DNA from: Rhodospirillales bacterium
GTDB taxonomy: Bacteria; Pseudomonadota; Alphaproteobacteria; Rhodospirillales; Defluviicoccaceae
Direction: 5' to 3'
NCBI GenBank assembly: GCA_046348725.1
Contig: JAXMDR010000005.1
Span: forward strand, 3,272 to 67,271
Length of the DNA: 64,000 bases
Positions within the stretch are counted from its first letter, which is position 1; every line of letters starts with the position of its first letter. Of this stretch, positions 10,031-22,001 are shown in pieces. Under the pieces are notes generated by a model. The model saw nothing but the letters and a program-made list of their open reading frames with translations, searched no databases and was not told where the DNA came from. The position numbers and the translations under genes were made by a program.

Positions 10031-10444
10031 TTACCAGGTCAGGGTGCGTGTACCGTCCTTGAACAGCAGGCCGCCGGTCAGCTCCGGATTGCCGAGCTTC
10101 GCTCCGTTGATGAGATCGCTCTCGGCGACGCCATAGTGCTTCATGCAGAACGGGCAGACGATGAGCGTCGCGCCCTTGCCGATGAGTTCCGCCAGCGCCT
10201 TCTGCTGCTCGGCAAACTTGCTGGCGTGCTGCTTCGAGGCGAGCAGCACGCCTTTGTCGTTCAGCCAGATCACCAACGGATGGCCGCGCTCCAGCATCGA
10301 CGCGGAAAACTTCGTGGCCATATCGACCCGATGGGCTTCGTCCGTCGTCAGGTTGACGAACAGCGAACCGTCGTCGGCCGACGCCGGGCTCGTGGCCGCA
10401 AATGCGGCGATCACGGCAAGCGCAGCCAAAAGGTTACGTAGCAT
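10031..10444 (-). CDS. Secreted DsrE-family protein
   Basis: Signal peptide MLRNLLAALAVIAAFAATSPASA; LFVNLT, WLNDKGV, IVCPFCMKHYG (CxxC). Confidence 0.8.
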   Translation of the reverse strand: MLRNLLAALAVIAAFAATSPASADDGSLFVNLTTDEAHRVDMATKFSASMLERGHPLVIWLNDKGVLLASKQHASKFAEQQKALAELIGKGATLIVCPFCMKHYGVAESDLINGAKLGNPELTGGLLFKDGTRTLTW

Positions 10445-10538
10445 GGTTAGTACCCTTCGTTTGAGACCCCTGTCAGGAGAGCGCAATCGAACCGGCGCCT
10501 CCTTTCAACAGGGCTAGGCTTTGATTTCCGGGATCAGC

Positions 10539-10997
10539 TCAGGAAACGAGGGGCGGCGCGCGGGAGAGATGATGAAAACCGGCCGGCAGGCCGGCGATCT
10601 CGGGGGAAGAGCGGGGTTGCGGAAAGGTCGAGGCGCCGAACGCAGCAGCTTGCAGCGAGCCTTGCACCGGCGGCAACAGAAGCGCCGCGTGGATCCGGCA
10701 GAGCGGGCAATCGCGCTTGAGCTTGCTGGAGGGAGCGTTGGAAAAAGGCAGATCCGCCGCCGGAACGATGCGCAGGCCGCTGGCGGTGCAGATCTCGACG
10801 GTGCTCTGATCTACCGCGGGGACCGGCGGCGGCAGTCCCCCGAGCAGCACATAGATGAGGAGGAGGAGAGCCGTGCTCAGGTGAGTGACGGAACGCAAAC
10901 GCACCGAGGTTGGCCAGCGACGGTGCCCTTTCCGTCGCTCCTGGCGGCAGCCGCACCTGCCGGAGCGCGTCGTGGTCCGGGTTCTCGCTACTCCCAT
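10539..10997 (-). CDS. DUF2946-family leader protein (CruR/CutF-like) with CxxC and C-terminal RAPP; start uncertain
   Basis: Hydrophobic segment TALLLLIYVLLGG, VEICTASG, CPLC, ends HHLSRAPPLVS. Confidence 0.8.
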   Translation of the reverse strand: MGVARTRTTTRSGRCGCRQERRKGHRRWPTSVRLRSVTHLSTALLLLIYVLLGGLPPPVPAVDQSTVEICTASGLRIVPAADLPFSNAPSSKLKRDCPLCRIHAALLLPPVQGSLQAAAFGASTFPQPRSSPEIAGLPAGFHHLSRAPPLVS

Positions 10998-11360
10998 CGC
11001 CTTCGCTCGTCTCGACAGGAATCCCGGGTCAAGGTGGCAACGCGCGCCCCCCTACCCGCAGATGTCCTCCTCCCGGACATAACGAGCGGCCGCCCAGCCG
11101 TCAAACCCGAAACTTCCGGCAGCCGGCGGCAATCGTTGTGCCGCGCGAAATCGCCGTCGGAGGTAAAATCCGGCGAGCTTACGCCGTGCGGCTGGCCTTC
11201 AGCGCGTCTTGGTTGATGAACTCGAGGTGGAACCCGCCGGAATGTGGGCACAATTGCACCCGCGATCAGCGCCGGCCACTCATATTATTCCTAACAAAGC
11301 GCAAGTCTGCGGCAGACGTTGGTGCTGTATCCGCGCGTTTTCATGACCAACCGGCTGCGC

Positions 11361-11708
11361 TCAGCAGGCAAGGACATAGATGCAGGCGTCCACCTCGCCG
11401 TCTGCCGTGCGCACCTGCGTGACGACCCGGCGGTAACCGGTCCCTTCGAAGGCATCGAGACGAGACCAGTGATCGGGCAGGTCCGCAGACTCGAAGAGCT
11501 GAACCTCTACGGCCGGTCCGGACGGGTCGAGGATCAGCCCCGGATAGCCAAGCGGTGCCCCCCAGCCGGCGTCGCAAAGTCGGCCGCGTACCGTACCCTT
11601 CCGCCATTGCCCCGACAGCCCTGCGAGCTGCTGGTGGTTGGCCCGGCCCGGCGCCAGTGTTCCGTAGACGGCTAAGCGCGTTTCCGCCGCCTGGTCCCTG
11701 CCTGTCAT
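11361..11708 (-). CDS. Gamma-glutamylcyclotransferase (AIG2-like) family protein
   Basis: LAVYGTLAPGRANH, GYPGL, LDAFEGTGYRR. Confidence 0.85.
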   Translation of the reverse strand: MTGRDQAAETRLAVYGTLAPGRANHQQLAGLSGQWRKGTVRGRLCDAGWGAPLGYPGLILDPSGPAVEVQLFESADLPDHWSRLDAFEGTGYRRVVTQVRTADGEVDACIYVLAC

Positions 11709-11738
11709 TGCAAAGCCTTCGAAGGCAGCCGAACCATC

Positions 11739-13562
<1,824 letters not shown>

Positions 13563-13888
13563 GGGGTGGCTCCTGCTGTCTCTTCGACGGGCGTAAGGAT
13601 GGTGGCGCCGGCCGCGCCGGCGCTGCTGGCTAAATGGGGTAGCGAGGCCGGTGCGCGCAAGCGGCCGACCCGACTCTCCCGTTCGCGCCTGCAAAATAGC
13701 CGCAAAGCGTGGCGTCGTCGATGCTTCTGGTGCGGTGCGGGCCGCTGGTGCTTCCGGCCGCACGCAAAGCCTCGGCCGCCGCTGCACATCCTCGCCGCCG
13801 TCACCATCTTCCTGATCGCCGGCTTTCGTATTTGGGGAAGCTAGAGGCGCTGCGGCGAGGCATCGCTGCCCGGCATGAGGGGAATGAG

Positions 13889-15151
13889 GTGCAATCGCAA
13901 GAGCAACGGAAGCCGGGTAAAGCGCCGGCGCTGATGCCGCTGGAAGCAGCGCTGTCGCGGGCGCTGGCGCTGGCCGACGCGGTGCCGGAGACCGAGCCGG
14001 TGCCGCTCGCCGAGGCGCACGGCCGGATCACCGCGGCGGCGGTGGCATCGCCGTGGCCGCTGCCGATGTTCGACAACTCGGCGATGGATGGCTACGCCGT
14101 TCGTACCGCCGAGTGTGAGGGACAGCCGCCGTTCCGCCTGCGGGTCGCCGGGCGGATGGCGGCGGGTGACGCCTGCATCCCGCCGCCCGCGGGCGCGGGC
14201 GTTGCGATCCGCATCCTGACCGGGGCGATGGTGCCGCCGGGCTTCGATGCCGTCGTCATGCAGGAGGACTGCCGGCGCGAGGGCGATGCGGTGCTGGTCG
14301 GACGCCGGCCGCCGCCGAGGAACAACATCCGGCAGGCCGGCGAGGATCTGGCGAAGGGAGGGGAGATCGTCGCAGCCGGCACGCTGCTCGACGCGCGCCA
14401 CGTCGCCCTTCTCGCTGCTGCCGGCGTCGCTTCGGTCGTGGTGCGGCGCACGGTGCAGGTTGCGCTGTTCTCCACCGGAACGGAGTTGAGGCAGCCGGGC
14501 GAGGCTGTTTCTCCCGGCCAGATCTACGATTCCAACGGAGCGATGCTGCGCGCCCTGCTGTGCCGGCCGTTCATCCGGCTGCACGACCTGGGGGCGGTGG
14601 GCGATGACCCGGCCCGGCTTGGGCGGACGCTGCGTCAGGCGGCCGGAGTGGCGGATGTGATCGTCACCACCGGCGGCGTCTCCGTCGGTGACGAGGATCA
14701 CATGCACCGGCTGATCGTCGAGGCGGGCGGCACCCTCGACGTGATGCGGGTGGCGATCAAGCCGGGCAAGCCGGTGACCGTCGGCCGGCTCGGCCAGGCC
14801 CTCTACCTGGGGCTGCCGGGCAATCCGGTGTCGGCATTCGTTACCTTCGCGCTGCTCGGCCGCGCGCTCATCGGCAGGCGGGCGGGGCAGGCGGTTCGCC
14901 CGCCGGCGGCGCAGCCGGCGGTGTGCGAGGATGAGGTGACGCGATCGCCGGGCCGTCAGGAGTATCTGCCGGTCCGCATCGCCGGCGTCACCGATGCGGG
15001 GCTTCCCAGGGTGGGGATGCTGACGCCCGCTGGCTCGGCGATGCTGGCCCGCCTCGCCGGTGCCGACGGCCTCGTCGTGGTCCCGACACAGCAGGCGAAT
15101 ATCCGCAGCGGCGAACAGGTCGCGTTCATCCCGATCCGGGAGATGCTGTAG
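13889..15151 (+). CDS. moeA: Molybdopterin molybdotransferase MoeA
   Basis: FDNSAMDGYAV, RILTGA, STGTEL, TTGGVSVG, IKPGKP, GLPGNPVS; start may be 13934. Confidence 0.93.
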   Translation: MQSQEQRKPGKAPALMPLEAALSRALALADAVPETEPVPLAEAHGRITAAAVASPWPLPMFDNSAMDGYAVRTAECEGQPPFRLRVAGRMAAGDACIPPPAGAGVAIRILTGAMVPPGFDAVVMQEDCRREGDAVLVGRRPPPRNNIRQAGEDLAKGGEIVAAGTLLDARHVALLAAAGVASVVVRRTVQVALFSTGTELRQPGEAVSPGQIYDSNGAMLRALLCRPFIRLHDLGAVGDDPARLGRTLRQAAGVADVIVTTGGVSVGDEDHMHRLIVEAGGTLDVMRVAIKPGKPVTVGRLGQALYLGLPGNPVSAFVTFALLGRALIGRRAGQAVRPPAAQPAVCEDEVTRSPGRQEYLPVRIAGVTDAGLPRVGMLTPAGSAMLARLAGADGLVVVPTQQANIRSGEQVAFIPIREML

Positions 15152-15184
15152 CCCCCGCCGGACGAGCACGCGGCATGCGCCGGG

Positions 15185-15706
15185 TCAGGCGGTCTTCATC
15201 TTGTGCGTCGCCCGCATCAGGCGGAGTGATTCGGGATCGTTCATCACCGGCAGTTGCAGGCTTTGCATGAAGTCCAGGTACTCCTGTGCCATCGAAGGCG
15301 AGGCGACCTCGATCATCACCCGGTTCTCGACCCAGAACTCGACGATGTGAAAGAATGGCTTCTGCCCATCTGGGCCGCGTCCGAAGGTCATGGCGCGCCA
15401 GCCCTCGCGCGCACCGATACGTTCTACCTCGTCGCGCTCCAGCGCCACCGAGAGGAGCAGATGGAAGGGCCAGGTCCGGGGTGGCGCCGCGTTCTCGCCG
15501 AACACCACCTGATCGTCGCTGGGCGGCATATCGAGGGTGGTAGGCTCCGGATAGACCTCGATCATCGTGCCGTGCTCGTCCCCAGTCGTCGCGATAAACG
15601 CACCTTCAAGGGGGCCGAACGGATGGGACGTGCCGCCCATCAGTTCGGCCAGAACCTCGGCGACATGCTGCGGCTCGCGCGCCGGAATCGATACGTGGTG
15701 GATCAT
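15185..15706 (-). CDS. Hypothetical protein, VOC/glyoxalase-like fold
   Basis: RBS GGAGG; MIHHVSIPAREPQHVAEVLAELMGG...GTMIEVYP...FHIVEFWVENRVMIEV. Confidence 0.7.
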   Translation of the reverse strand: MIHHVSIPAREPQHVAEVLAELMGGTSHPFGPLEGAFIATTGDEHGTMIEVYPEPTTLDMPPSDDQVVFGENAAPPRTWPFHLLLSVALERDEVERIGAREGWRAMTFGRGPDGQKPFFHIVEFWVENRVMIEVASPSMAQEYLDFMQSLQLPVMNDPESLRLMRATHKMKTA

Positions 15707-15746
15707 TGTGCCTCCTCCTTCTCTGCCGGTCCGCGATGCCATAAGC

Positions 15747-15974
15747 TCAGCCGCGCGGCGTCCAGCGATCGCCGCTTTTGGCGTACTTTTGTTTCACCGC
15801 CGCCCAGGCGATGCGGTTCGCGGTTTCCTCCAGCGAGGCGCCGGCACGCCGCCGGTGCGCATCGGCGTATTCCGCGTAGGCGCTGTTGTACGCCTCGAGA
15901 AAGATCTCCTGCGCATGCTCGGGCAGGTGATCACGCACCCGCGCCGGCAGGTCGTCGGTCGTCCGGTAAGGCAT
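15747..15974 (-). CDS. chaB: ChaB family protein
   Basis: MPYRTTDDLPARVRDHLPEHAQEIFLEAYNSA...ANRIAWAAVKQKY. Confidence 0.9.
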   Translation of the reverse strand: MPYRTTDDLPARVRDHLPEHAQEIFLEAYNSAYAEYADAHRRRAGASLEETANRIAWAAVKQKYAKSGDRWTPRG

Positions 15975-16186
15975 CGTCGCCTCCTCGCAAGGGGCGCGCC
16001 ATTCTACGTCATCGGACGGGCGGTTGCATGCCGCAGCCGTTGCCCGGCGCATCACCCGCGCATCTCCTCGATGCTCGCGCGGTAGAATACGCGACCGGCA
16101 GGTCGCTTCAGTGAAGCGACCCGGCGGACTCGAAGAAGAGCCGGGGCAGCGGCGTTGATCCGGGGTGCGAGAAGCAAGGAGACAGC

Positions 16187-16576
16187 GTGAAGATCCACCA
16201 CGTTGCGCTGTGGACGCGCGACATCGAGGCGGCGGCGCGGTTCTGGGCAGACTATTTCGGCGCACGGATCGGCGAGCGCTACGAAAGTCCGCGGCGTCCC
16301 GGCTTCGTCTCGCGCTTCCTGCGACTGGAGGGCGGCGCCGCCATCGAGCTGATGACCGGCCCGTGGCTGGCGGTGGCGGAGCCGGAGCTTGAGCGCGAGG
16401 GATGGGCGCATATCGCCGTTACCGTCGGCAGCCGCGCGATGGTGCGCTCGCTCGCCGAGCGGCTGCAGGCCGCCGGCCTGCTGGTGTCAGGGCCGAGGCT
16501 GACCGGCGACGGGTTCTACGAGGCGGTGGCGCGGACGCCGGACGGCGCCCTCGTCGAGATCACCGCATCGGACTGA
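16187..16576 (+). CDS. VOC/glyoxalase family protein
   Basis: MKIHHVALWTRDIE, GWAHIAVTVGS, PRLTGDGFYE. Confidence 0.88.
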   Translation: MKIHHVALWTRDIEAAARFWADYFGARIGERYESPRRPGFVSRFLRLEGGAAIELMTGPWLAVAEPELEREGWAHIAVTVGSRAMVRSLAERLQAAGLLVSGPRLTGDGFYEAVARTPDGALVEITASD

Positions 16577-16589
16577 ACTGCAGGTCGGC

Positions 16590-17543
16590 TCAGGAATTCC
16601 CGCCCGAATGCCCGGGCGCCATTGCCTGCACCGACGCCGGCGCTCTGCCGGCGGGGCTGGTAGTGCGCGGCCGACCGATGCCGGCAGCAGTAACCCACCA
16701 GGCCGGATGCCGGACGGAAAGCACCGTTGCCGCGGTATCTGCCGCAGCGCGGTCGGTGCACAGGCCGAAGCAGGTGGCGCCGCTGCCGCTCATCCGAGCC
16801 AGCAGCACACCCGGTGCCGCGCTCAGCGCAGCCAGGACATCCGCGACAGCCGGAACGAGGCTGACCGCCGCTTGGGTGAGGTCGTTGCCGCGCCGGGCGA
16901 GCACCGCCGCCAGCGCCGCGGCATCGGCCGGCGGCTCGATGAAGCGGGCTGGGGCGGAGAAATCCCCCTTGCGCGCCTTGAACACCGGCGGCGTCGGCAG
17001 CGGCAGCCGCGGGTTGACCAGCACCAGACCGCACACCGGCAGCGGCGGCGCCGCTTCGATCTCCTCGCCGATGCCGCCGACCAACAGCGGCCGGCCGTGC
17101 AGGCACATCGGCACGTCGGCGCCAAGCGGCAGTGCCAGCGCCGCCAGGGCATCGTCGGCGATGGTCATGTCCCACAGCCGCACCAGCGCCCGCAGCACCG
17201 CCGCCGCGTCGGCCGAGCCGCCACCGATGCCCGAGGCCACCGGTAGCCGCTTTTCCAGCCGGATCGCCGCGCGCTGCGGCGGACCGGTGTGGGCCGCCAG
17301 CGTCCGTGCCGCGCGCAGCGCCAGGTTGTCGTCACCGGCCGGAACGTCGGCGGCGAACGGACCATCCACGGCGAGACTGAAATCGTCGGCCGGCGCCACC
17401 TCGATCAGGTCGCCGGCATCGGCGAAGACCACCAGACTATCCAGCAGGTGGTAGCCGTCGGCTCTCTGGCCGAGGACGTGCAGGTAAAGATTGACCTTCG
17501 CCGAAGCAGGCTCGGCGATCAGGCGACCGTAGCCGTGCGCCAT
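16590..17543 (-). CDS. ispE: 4-diphosphocytidyl-2-C-methyl-D-erythritol kinase
   Basis: AKVNLYLHV, KRLPVASGIGGGSADAAA, LGADVP, RMSGSGATCFG. Confidence 0.95.
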   Translation of the reverse strand: MAHGYGRLIAEPASAKVNLYLHVLGQRADGYHLLDSLVVFADAGDLIEVAPADDFSLAVDGPFAADVPAGDDNLALRAARTLAAHTGPPQRAAIRLEKRLPVASGIGGGSADAAAVLRALVRLWDMTIADDALAALALPLGADVPMCLHGRPLLVGGIGEEIEAAPPLPVCGLVLVNPRLPLPTPPVFKARKGDFSAPARFIEPPADAAALAAVLARRGNDLTQAAVSLVPAVADVLAALSAAPGVLLARMSGSGATCFGLCTDRAAADTAATVLSVRHPAWWVTAAGIGRPRTTSPAGRAPASVQAMAPGHSGGNS

Positions 17544-19270
17544 TACGGACGCTCGGCGCTCGCCGACCGCAGCGGCCGCTCCGCCAGCTTCTGCTCGATC
17601 GCCGCCTTCAGATCAGGCTCGGGTCCGTTCCCCAGCGCCGCTTCCCACTGAAAGCGCGCCTCGCGCTGCCGCCCGACCGCCCAGTAGGCATCGCCCAGGT
17701 GGTCGTTGATGGCGGCATCCTCCGGCCGGATCTCCACGGCGCGTTCCAGCTGCACCACCGCTTCGTCGTACCGGCCCAGCCGGAACAGCACCCAGCCAAG
17801 GCTGTCGATGATGTAGCCGTCGGTCGGCTCCAGCTCGACCGCCTTGCGGATCATCGCCTCCGCTTTGTCCAGGTTCTGTCCCTGCTCGACCCAGGAGTAT
17901 CCCAGGTAGTTGAGGACGAAGGGCTGGTCAGGCTCCAGCTCGAGGGCCTTCAGGAAGTCGGCCTCGGCGCGCGGCCATTGTTTCGAGCGCTCGAGGGCGA
18001 TGCCGCGGGCGTAGACCAGCCGCCAGTGGCGTTGCTGCAGCGTGCCACTTCGGGCGACGGCCTGGTCGTAGGCTTCGACCGCTTCGGTGAAGCGCTCGTG
18101 CTTGCGCAGCAGGTCGCCCAGTTCGCCGTAGGGTTCGGGGTTATCGGGGCGTTCCGCCGCCAGCTGGCGCAGCGTTACCTGCGCCTCGTCTAATTTGTCG
18201 AGACGGTCGAGGTTGCGGGCGACGCCGAGCCGGGCCGACACCGCCAGCGGGTCCCTCCGGTCGATCGACTGGTAGACGCTGATCGCATCGGCGAAGCGCT
18301 CGTCGTTTTCCAGCATGTCGCCGACGAGGATCTGCAGGGGCGGGAAGTCCGGGCGGAGGTAAAGGCCGAGCTGGCCGAGTGCGAGGGCGGTATCACGGTT
18401 GTTCTGGCGGCCGACGATGCCGGCGGCGTCGAACAGGGCTTCCGCGGCGCCGGCGCGGGCATCGGCGATGTCGCGCGCCGGCGGCTTGCCGGCCTTGAGG
18501 CTCGCCAGCGCCGGGTCCAGCAGCCGAGAATCCGCATGCTGCTCCAGGTAGCGGTCGTAGAGCGCCCGTGCCTCGTCGTTGTGGCCGGTGCGCTGTAGAA
18601 TGCCGCCGCCCAGCGTTGCCAGCCGCAGCCAGGGTTCCGGCTGTGCCTTCAGCGCGGCGCGGGCGTAGGACAGCGCCGCCGCGGGATCGCCCGAGGCATC
18701 GGCGAGCCAGGCGGCATGCACGTCGAAGAGCGGCGCCGTCGCGGCGTTGGCCCGCAGCTTCTCCAGGCTGGCGAAGGCCTTGTCGCGATGGCCGGCACCG
18801 AACTCCACCCACGCCTGCAGGATCGGGACGAGGAAGTTCGACAGCGGGCTCTGCGGGGTGGTCGCCAGGCGCTCTACGGCGGCACCGAACCGGGCAGCGT
18901 GGATGTCGCCGACGGCGACGACGATGTGTGCGAGCGGCGCGCTGTCCTCGACCTTGAGGTAGCGCCGGGCGATGTCGACGGCTTCGCCGACACGGCCGTC
19001 CAGCGTCAGCACCAGCCAGGCGCGGCCAAGCAGCACCGGATCGTCGGGCGCCTTCTGCAGCGCTGCCAGCAGGAAGGTGGCAGCGTCGGTCTCCGCGCCC
19101 TCGATGCGCGCATGCCGCGCTGCCAGATAGTTGCCGGTTACCGTCGGGCCGGGGACGACCGGCGGCGGCGTGGTTGCAACCGCATCATCACAACCGCCCA
19201 GCAGCAAGGCGGCGAGGGAGGCGAGCCACCGCGGAGCGGCGGCGTGCCGATCACCGCCGCTCATCGGCAC
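17543..19270 (-). CDS. TPR-repeat (lipo)protein
   Basis: Lipobox-like LLLGGC; TGNYLAARHA; LNYLGYSW, YIIDSLGW, INDHLGDAYW; usual position upstream of ispE. Confidence 0.88.
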   Translation of the reverse strand: MPMSGGDRHAAAPRWLASLAALLLGGCDDAVATTPPPVVPGPTVTGNYLAARHARIEGAETDAATFLLAALQKAPDDPVLLGRAWLVLTLDGRVGEAVDIARRYLKVEDSAPLAHIVVAVGDIHAARFGAAVERLATTPQSPLSNFLVPILQAWVEFGAGHRDKAFASLEKLRANAATAPLFDVHAAWLADASGDPAAALSYARAALKAQPEPWLRLATLGGGILQRTGHNDEARALYDRYLEQHADSRLLDPALASLKAGKPPARDIADARAGAAEALFDAAGIVGRQNNRDTALALGQLGLYLRPDFPPLQILVGDMLENDERFADAISVYQSIDRRDPLAVSARLGVARNLDRLDKLDEAQVTLRQLAAERPDNPEPYGELGDLLRKHERFTEAVEAYDQAVARSGTLQQRHWRLVYARGIALERSKQWPRAEADFLKALELEPDQPFVLNYLGYSWVEQGQNLDKAEAMIRKAVELEPTDGYIIDSLGWVLFRLGRYDEAVVQLERAVEIRPEDAAINDHLGDAYWAVGRQREARFQWEAALGNGPEPDLKAAIEQKLAERPLRSASAERP

Positions 19271-19273
19271 CGG

Positions 19274-20902
19274 TCACATGTTGGGATAGTTCGGACCACC
19301 GCCACCCTCCGGCACCACCCAGTTGATGTTCTGCGTCGGATCCTTGATATCGCAAGTCTTGCAGTGGACGCAGTTGGCAGCGTTGATCTGCAGCCGCTCA
19401 CCCTCATCCTCCTTGACGAACTCGTAGACCCCGGCCGGGCAGTAGCGCGCTTCGGGACCGTCGTAGCGGGCGAGGTTGATCGCCACCGGCACCGAGGGGT
19501 CCTTCAGGGTCAGGTGCACCGGCTGGTCTTCTTCATGGTTGGTCCCGGAGATATAGACCGAGGACAGCTTATCGAAGCTGACGATGCCGTCAGGCTTCGG
19601 ATATTCGATCTTCGGCGTCGCGTCTGCCGGTTTCAGCTGCGCGTAGTCCTCGTGGTTCTTGAAGGTCCACGGCGCCCGCCCGCGGAAGAGATAGGTATCC
19701 AGCGCCGAATAGGCGATGCCGAGCCAGAGGCCGGCATGGAAGGAGGGCCGGACATTGCGCACCTTATACAGCTCATCCCACACCCAGCTCGCCTTCAGCG
19801 CCTCCGGATAGGCCTCGACCACCGGCGGCGGCGGCTCCATCGCCAGCGCCGCGAAGACCGCTTCGGCGCAGAGGATGCCGGACTTCATCGCCGTGTGGGT
19901 GCCCTTGATCTTCGGGACGTTGAGGAAACCGGCGGTATCGCCGATCAGCGCGCCGCCGGAGAAGACCAGCCGCGGCACCGACTGGTAGCCGCCCTCCGCC
20001 AGGGCACGGGCGCCGTAGGCGATGCGCCGCCCGCCCTCGAACGTCGGGCGGATGGCCGGGTGCGTCTTGAACCGCTGGAACTCCTCGAACGGGCTGAGGT
20101 GGGGGTTCCGGTAGTCGAGGCCGACGACGAAGCCGACCGCCACCTGGCCGTCCTCCATATGGTAGAGGAACGAGCCGCCGTAGGTATGGCTATCCACCGG
20201 CAAGCCGACGGTGTGCACCACCCGCCCCGGGTGGTGCTGAGCGTGATCGACCTCCCACAGCTCCTTGATGCCGATGCCGTAGGTCTGCGGATCGACGCCC
20301 TCGCGCAGGTTGAACCGGGTCATCAGCTGCTTGGTCAGCGAGCCGCGGCAGCCTTCGGCAAAGATCGTGTAGGTGGCGTGCAGTTCCATGCCCGGCTGGT
20401 AGTTGTCGGTCGGCTTGCCGTCGCGGCCGATGCCCATGTCGCCGGTGGCAATGCCCTTCACCGTGCCAAAGCCGTCGTAGAGAACCTCGGCGGCAGCAAA
20501 TCCGGGATAGATCTCGACACCCAGTTCTTCCGCCTGCGCTGCCAGCCAGCGGCAGACGTTGCCGAGGCTGACGATGTAGTTGCCGTGGTTATGCATCTGC
20601 GGCGGCGTCGGCAGCCGGAAGGCCTTCTTTTCGGTGAGGAACAGGAATGAATCATCCCCCGCCGGCGTGTTCAGCGGCGCGTCGCGTTCCCGCCAGTCGG
20701 GAATCAGCTCGTCCAGAGCCCGCGTCTCGATCACCGCGCCGGAGAGGATATGGGCGCCGATTTCCGCGCCCTTCTCGACCAGGCAGACGCTGATTTCCTT
20801 GCCCTGCTGCTGCGCCAGCTGCTTCAGTTTGATGGCGGCGCTGAGGCCTGATGGGCCACCGCCAACTATTACCGCGTCGAATTGCATCGATTCGCGGGCC
20901 AT
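19274..20902 (-). CDS. Electron transfer flavoprotein-ubiquinone oxidoreductase
   Basis: [56 protein letters not shown]. Confidence 0.96.
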   Translation of the reverse strand: MARESMQFDAVIVGGGPSGLSAAIKLKQLAQQQGKEISVCLVEKGAEIGAHILSGAVIETRALDELIPDWRERDAPLNTPAGDDSFLFLTEKKAFRLPTPPQMHNHGNYIVSLGNVCRWLAAQAEELGVEIYPGFAAAEVLYDGFGTVKGIATGDMGIGRDGKPTDNYQPGMELHATYTIFAEGCRGSLTKQLMTRFNLREGVDPQTYGIGIKELWEVDHAQHHPGRVVHTVGLPVDSHTYGGSFLYHMEDGQVAVGFVVGLDYRNPHLSPFEEFQRFKTHPAIRPTFEGGRRIAYGARALAEGGYQSVPRLVFSGGALIGDTAGFLNVPKIKGTHTAMKSGILCAEAVFAALAMEPPPPVVEAYPEALKASWVWDELYKVRNVRPSFHAGLWLGIAYSALDTYLFRGRAPWTFKNHEDYAQLKPADATPKIEYPKPDGIVSFDKLSSVYISGTNHEEDQPVHLTLKDPSVPVAINLARYDGPEARYCPAGVYEFVKEDEGERLQINAANCVHCKTCDIKDPTQNINWVVPEGGGGPNYPNM

Positions 20903-21007
20903 CGCGTCACCCCGCATTGCGTACGCTCCCTTCACCCGAAGCGCTTTATACCATAGGGTTGTTGGGCGCAGCGCAAAATCGTCGCCGCTTGAGGTGCCGC
21001 ACCGTGG

Positions 21008-21874
21008 ATGATGTCTTTCCGCCCGATGCCGATCGCCGACGCTGAGGCGCTGCTGCGCTGGTACCTCGATGCCGGCGTCGATGAAGCGATCGGCGAAGCG
21101 CCGGTGAATCGCTACGACGGTTACGAATCAATTGCAGATTTGCCGACGCCGGCACTTCCCATGGAGGCCTCGGGAGAGCTGCCGCGGCCCCCGCGCGGCG
21201 AGCCTTTGCCGCTTGAGGCAGCCTCCCCGCGGGCCGCTGCGAGGGCCGCGCCGGCGGCCGGCGGGATGGCAGCGGTGGAGGATGCGGTGGCCCTGGCGGC
21301 GCGGGCGAACACCCTCGACGACGTCCGCGCCGCCCTCGCTGGCTTCGACGGATGCCCGCTGTCGCGGACCGCAACCAACCTCGTTTTCGGCGATGGCAAC
21401 CCGCAGGCTCGCCTGGTTTTGATCGGCGAGGCACCCGGCGCCGAGGAGGACAGGCGGGGCCTGCCGTTCGTCGGACCAAGCGGCCGGCTGCTCGACAAGA
21501 TGCTCGCATCGATTGCCCTCGATCGCTCCAACGTGTTCATAACAAATACGATTTTCTGGCGGCCGCCGGGCAATCGCAGCCCCACGTCGAGTGAAGTCGC
21601 GGCCTGCATGCCGTTCGTCGAGCGCATTGTGGAGCTCATCGATCCGCAACTGCTGGTGGCGCTGGGCGGGCCGGCGGCGGTTGCGATGCTGGGCGTGGCG
21701 GAAAGCGTCAGCCGGTTGCGCGGCCGCTGGTTCAGCTACCAGACGCCGCGGATGCCGCGGCCGATAGCCGCTACGGCGCTGTTCCATCCGGCCTATCTGC
21801 TGCGCTCGCCGGCACAGAAGCGGCTTGCATGGCGCGACCTTCTTGCAATCAAAGGTAGAATTGCCCAGGATTGA
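21008..21874 (+). CDS. Family-4 uracil-DNA glycosylase
   Basis: [30 protein letters not shown]. Confidence 0.93.
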   Translation: MMSFRPMPIADAEALLRWYLDAGVDEAIGEAPVNRYDGYESIADLPTPALPMEASGELPRPPRGEPLPLEAASPRAAARAAPAAGGMAAVEDAVALAARANTLDDVRAALAGFDGCPLSRTATNLVFGDGNPQARLVLIGEAPGAEEDRRGLPFVGPSGRLLDKMLASIALDRSNVFITNTIFWRPPGNRSPTSSEVAACMPFVERIVELIDPQLLVALGGPAAVAMLGVAESVSRLRGRWFSYQTPRMPRPIAATALFHPAYLLRSPAQKRLAWRDLLAIKGRIAQD

Positions 21875-22001
21875 ACCGTCCTCATCCTGGGCACGTCGCC
21901 CGTCACCGTGTCTACCCCAGAACAGTCTACAAGATTTTTGCTTGATCCGCCGCGCGGCCCGTTGTTAGAAGGGCTGCAGGGTCACATTCCGGGGCAGAAT
22001 A

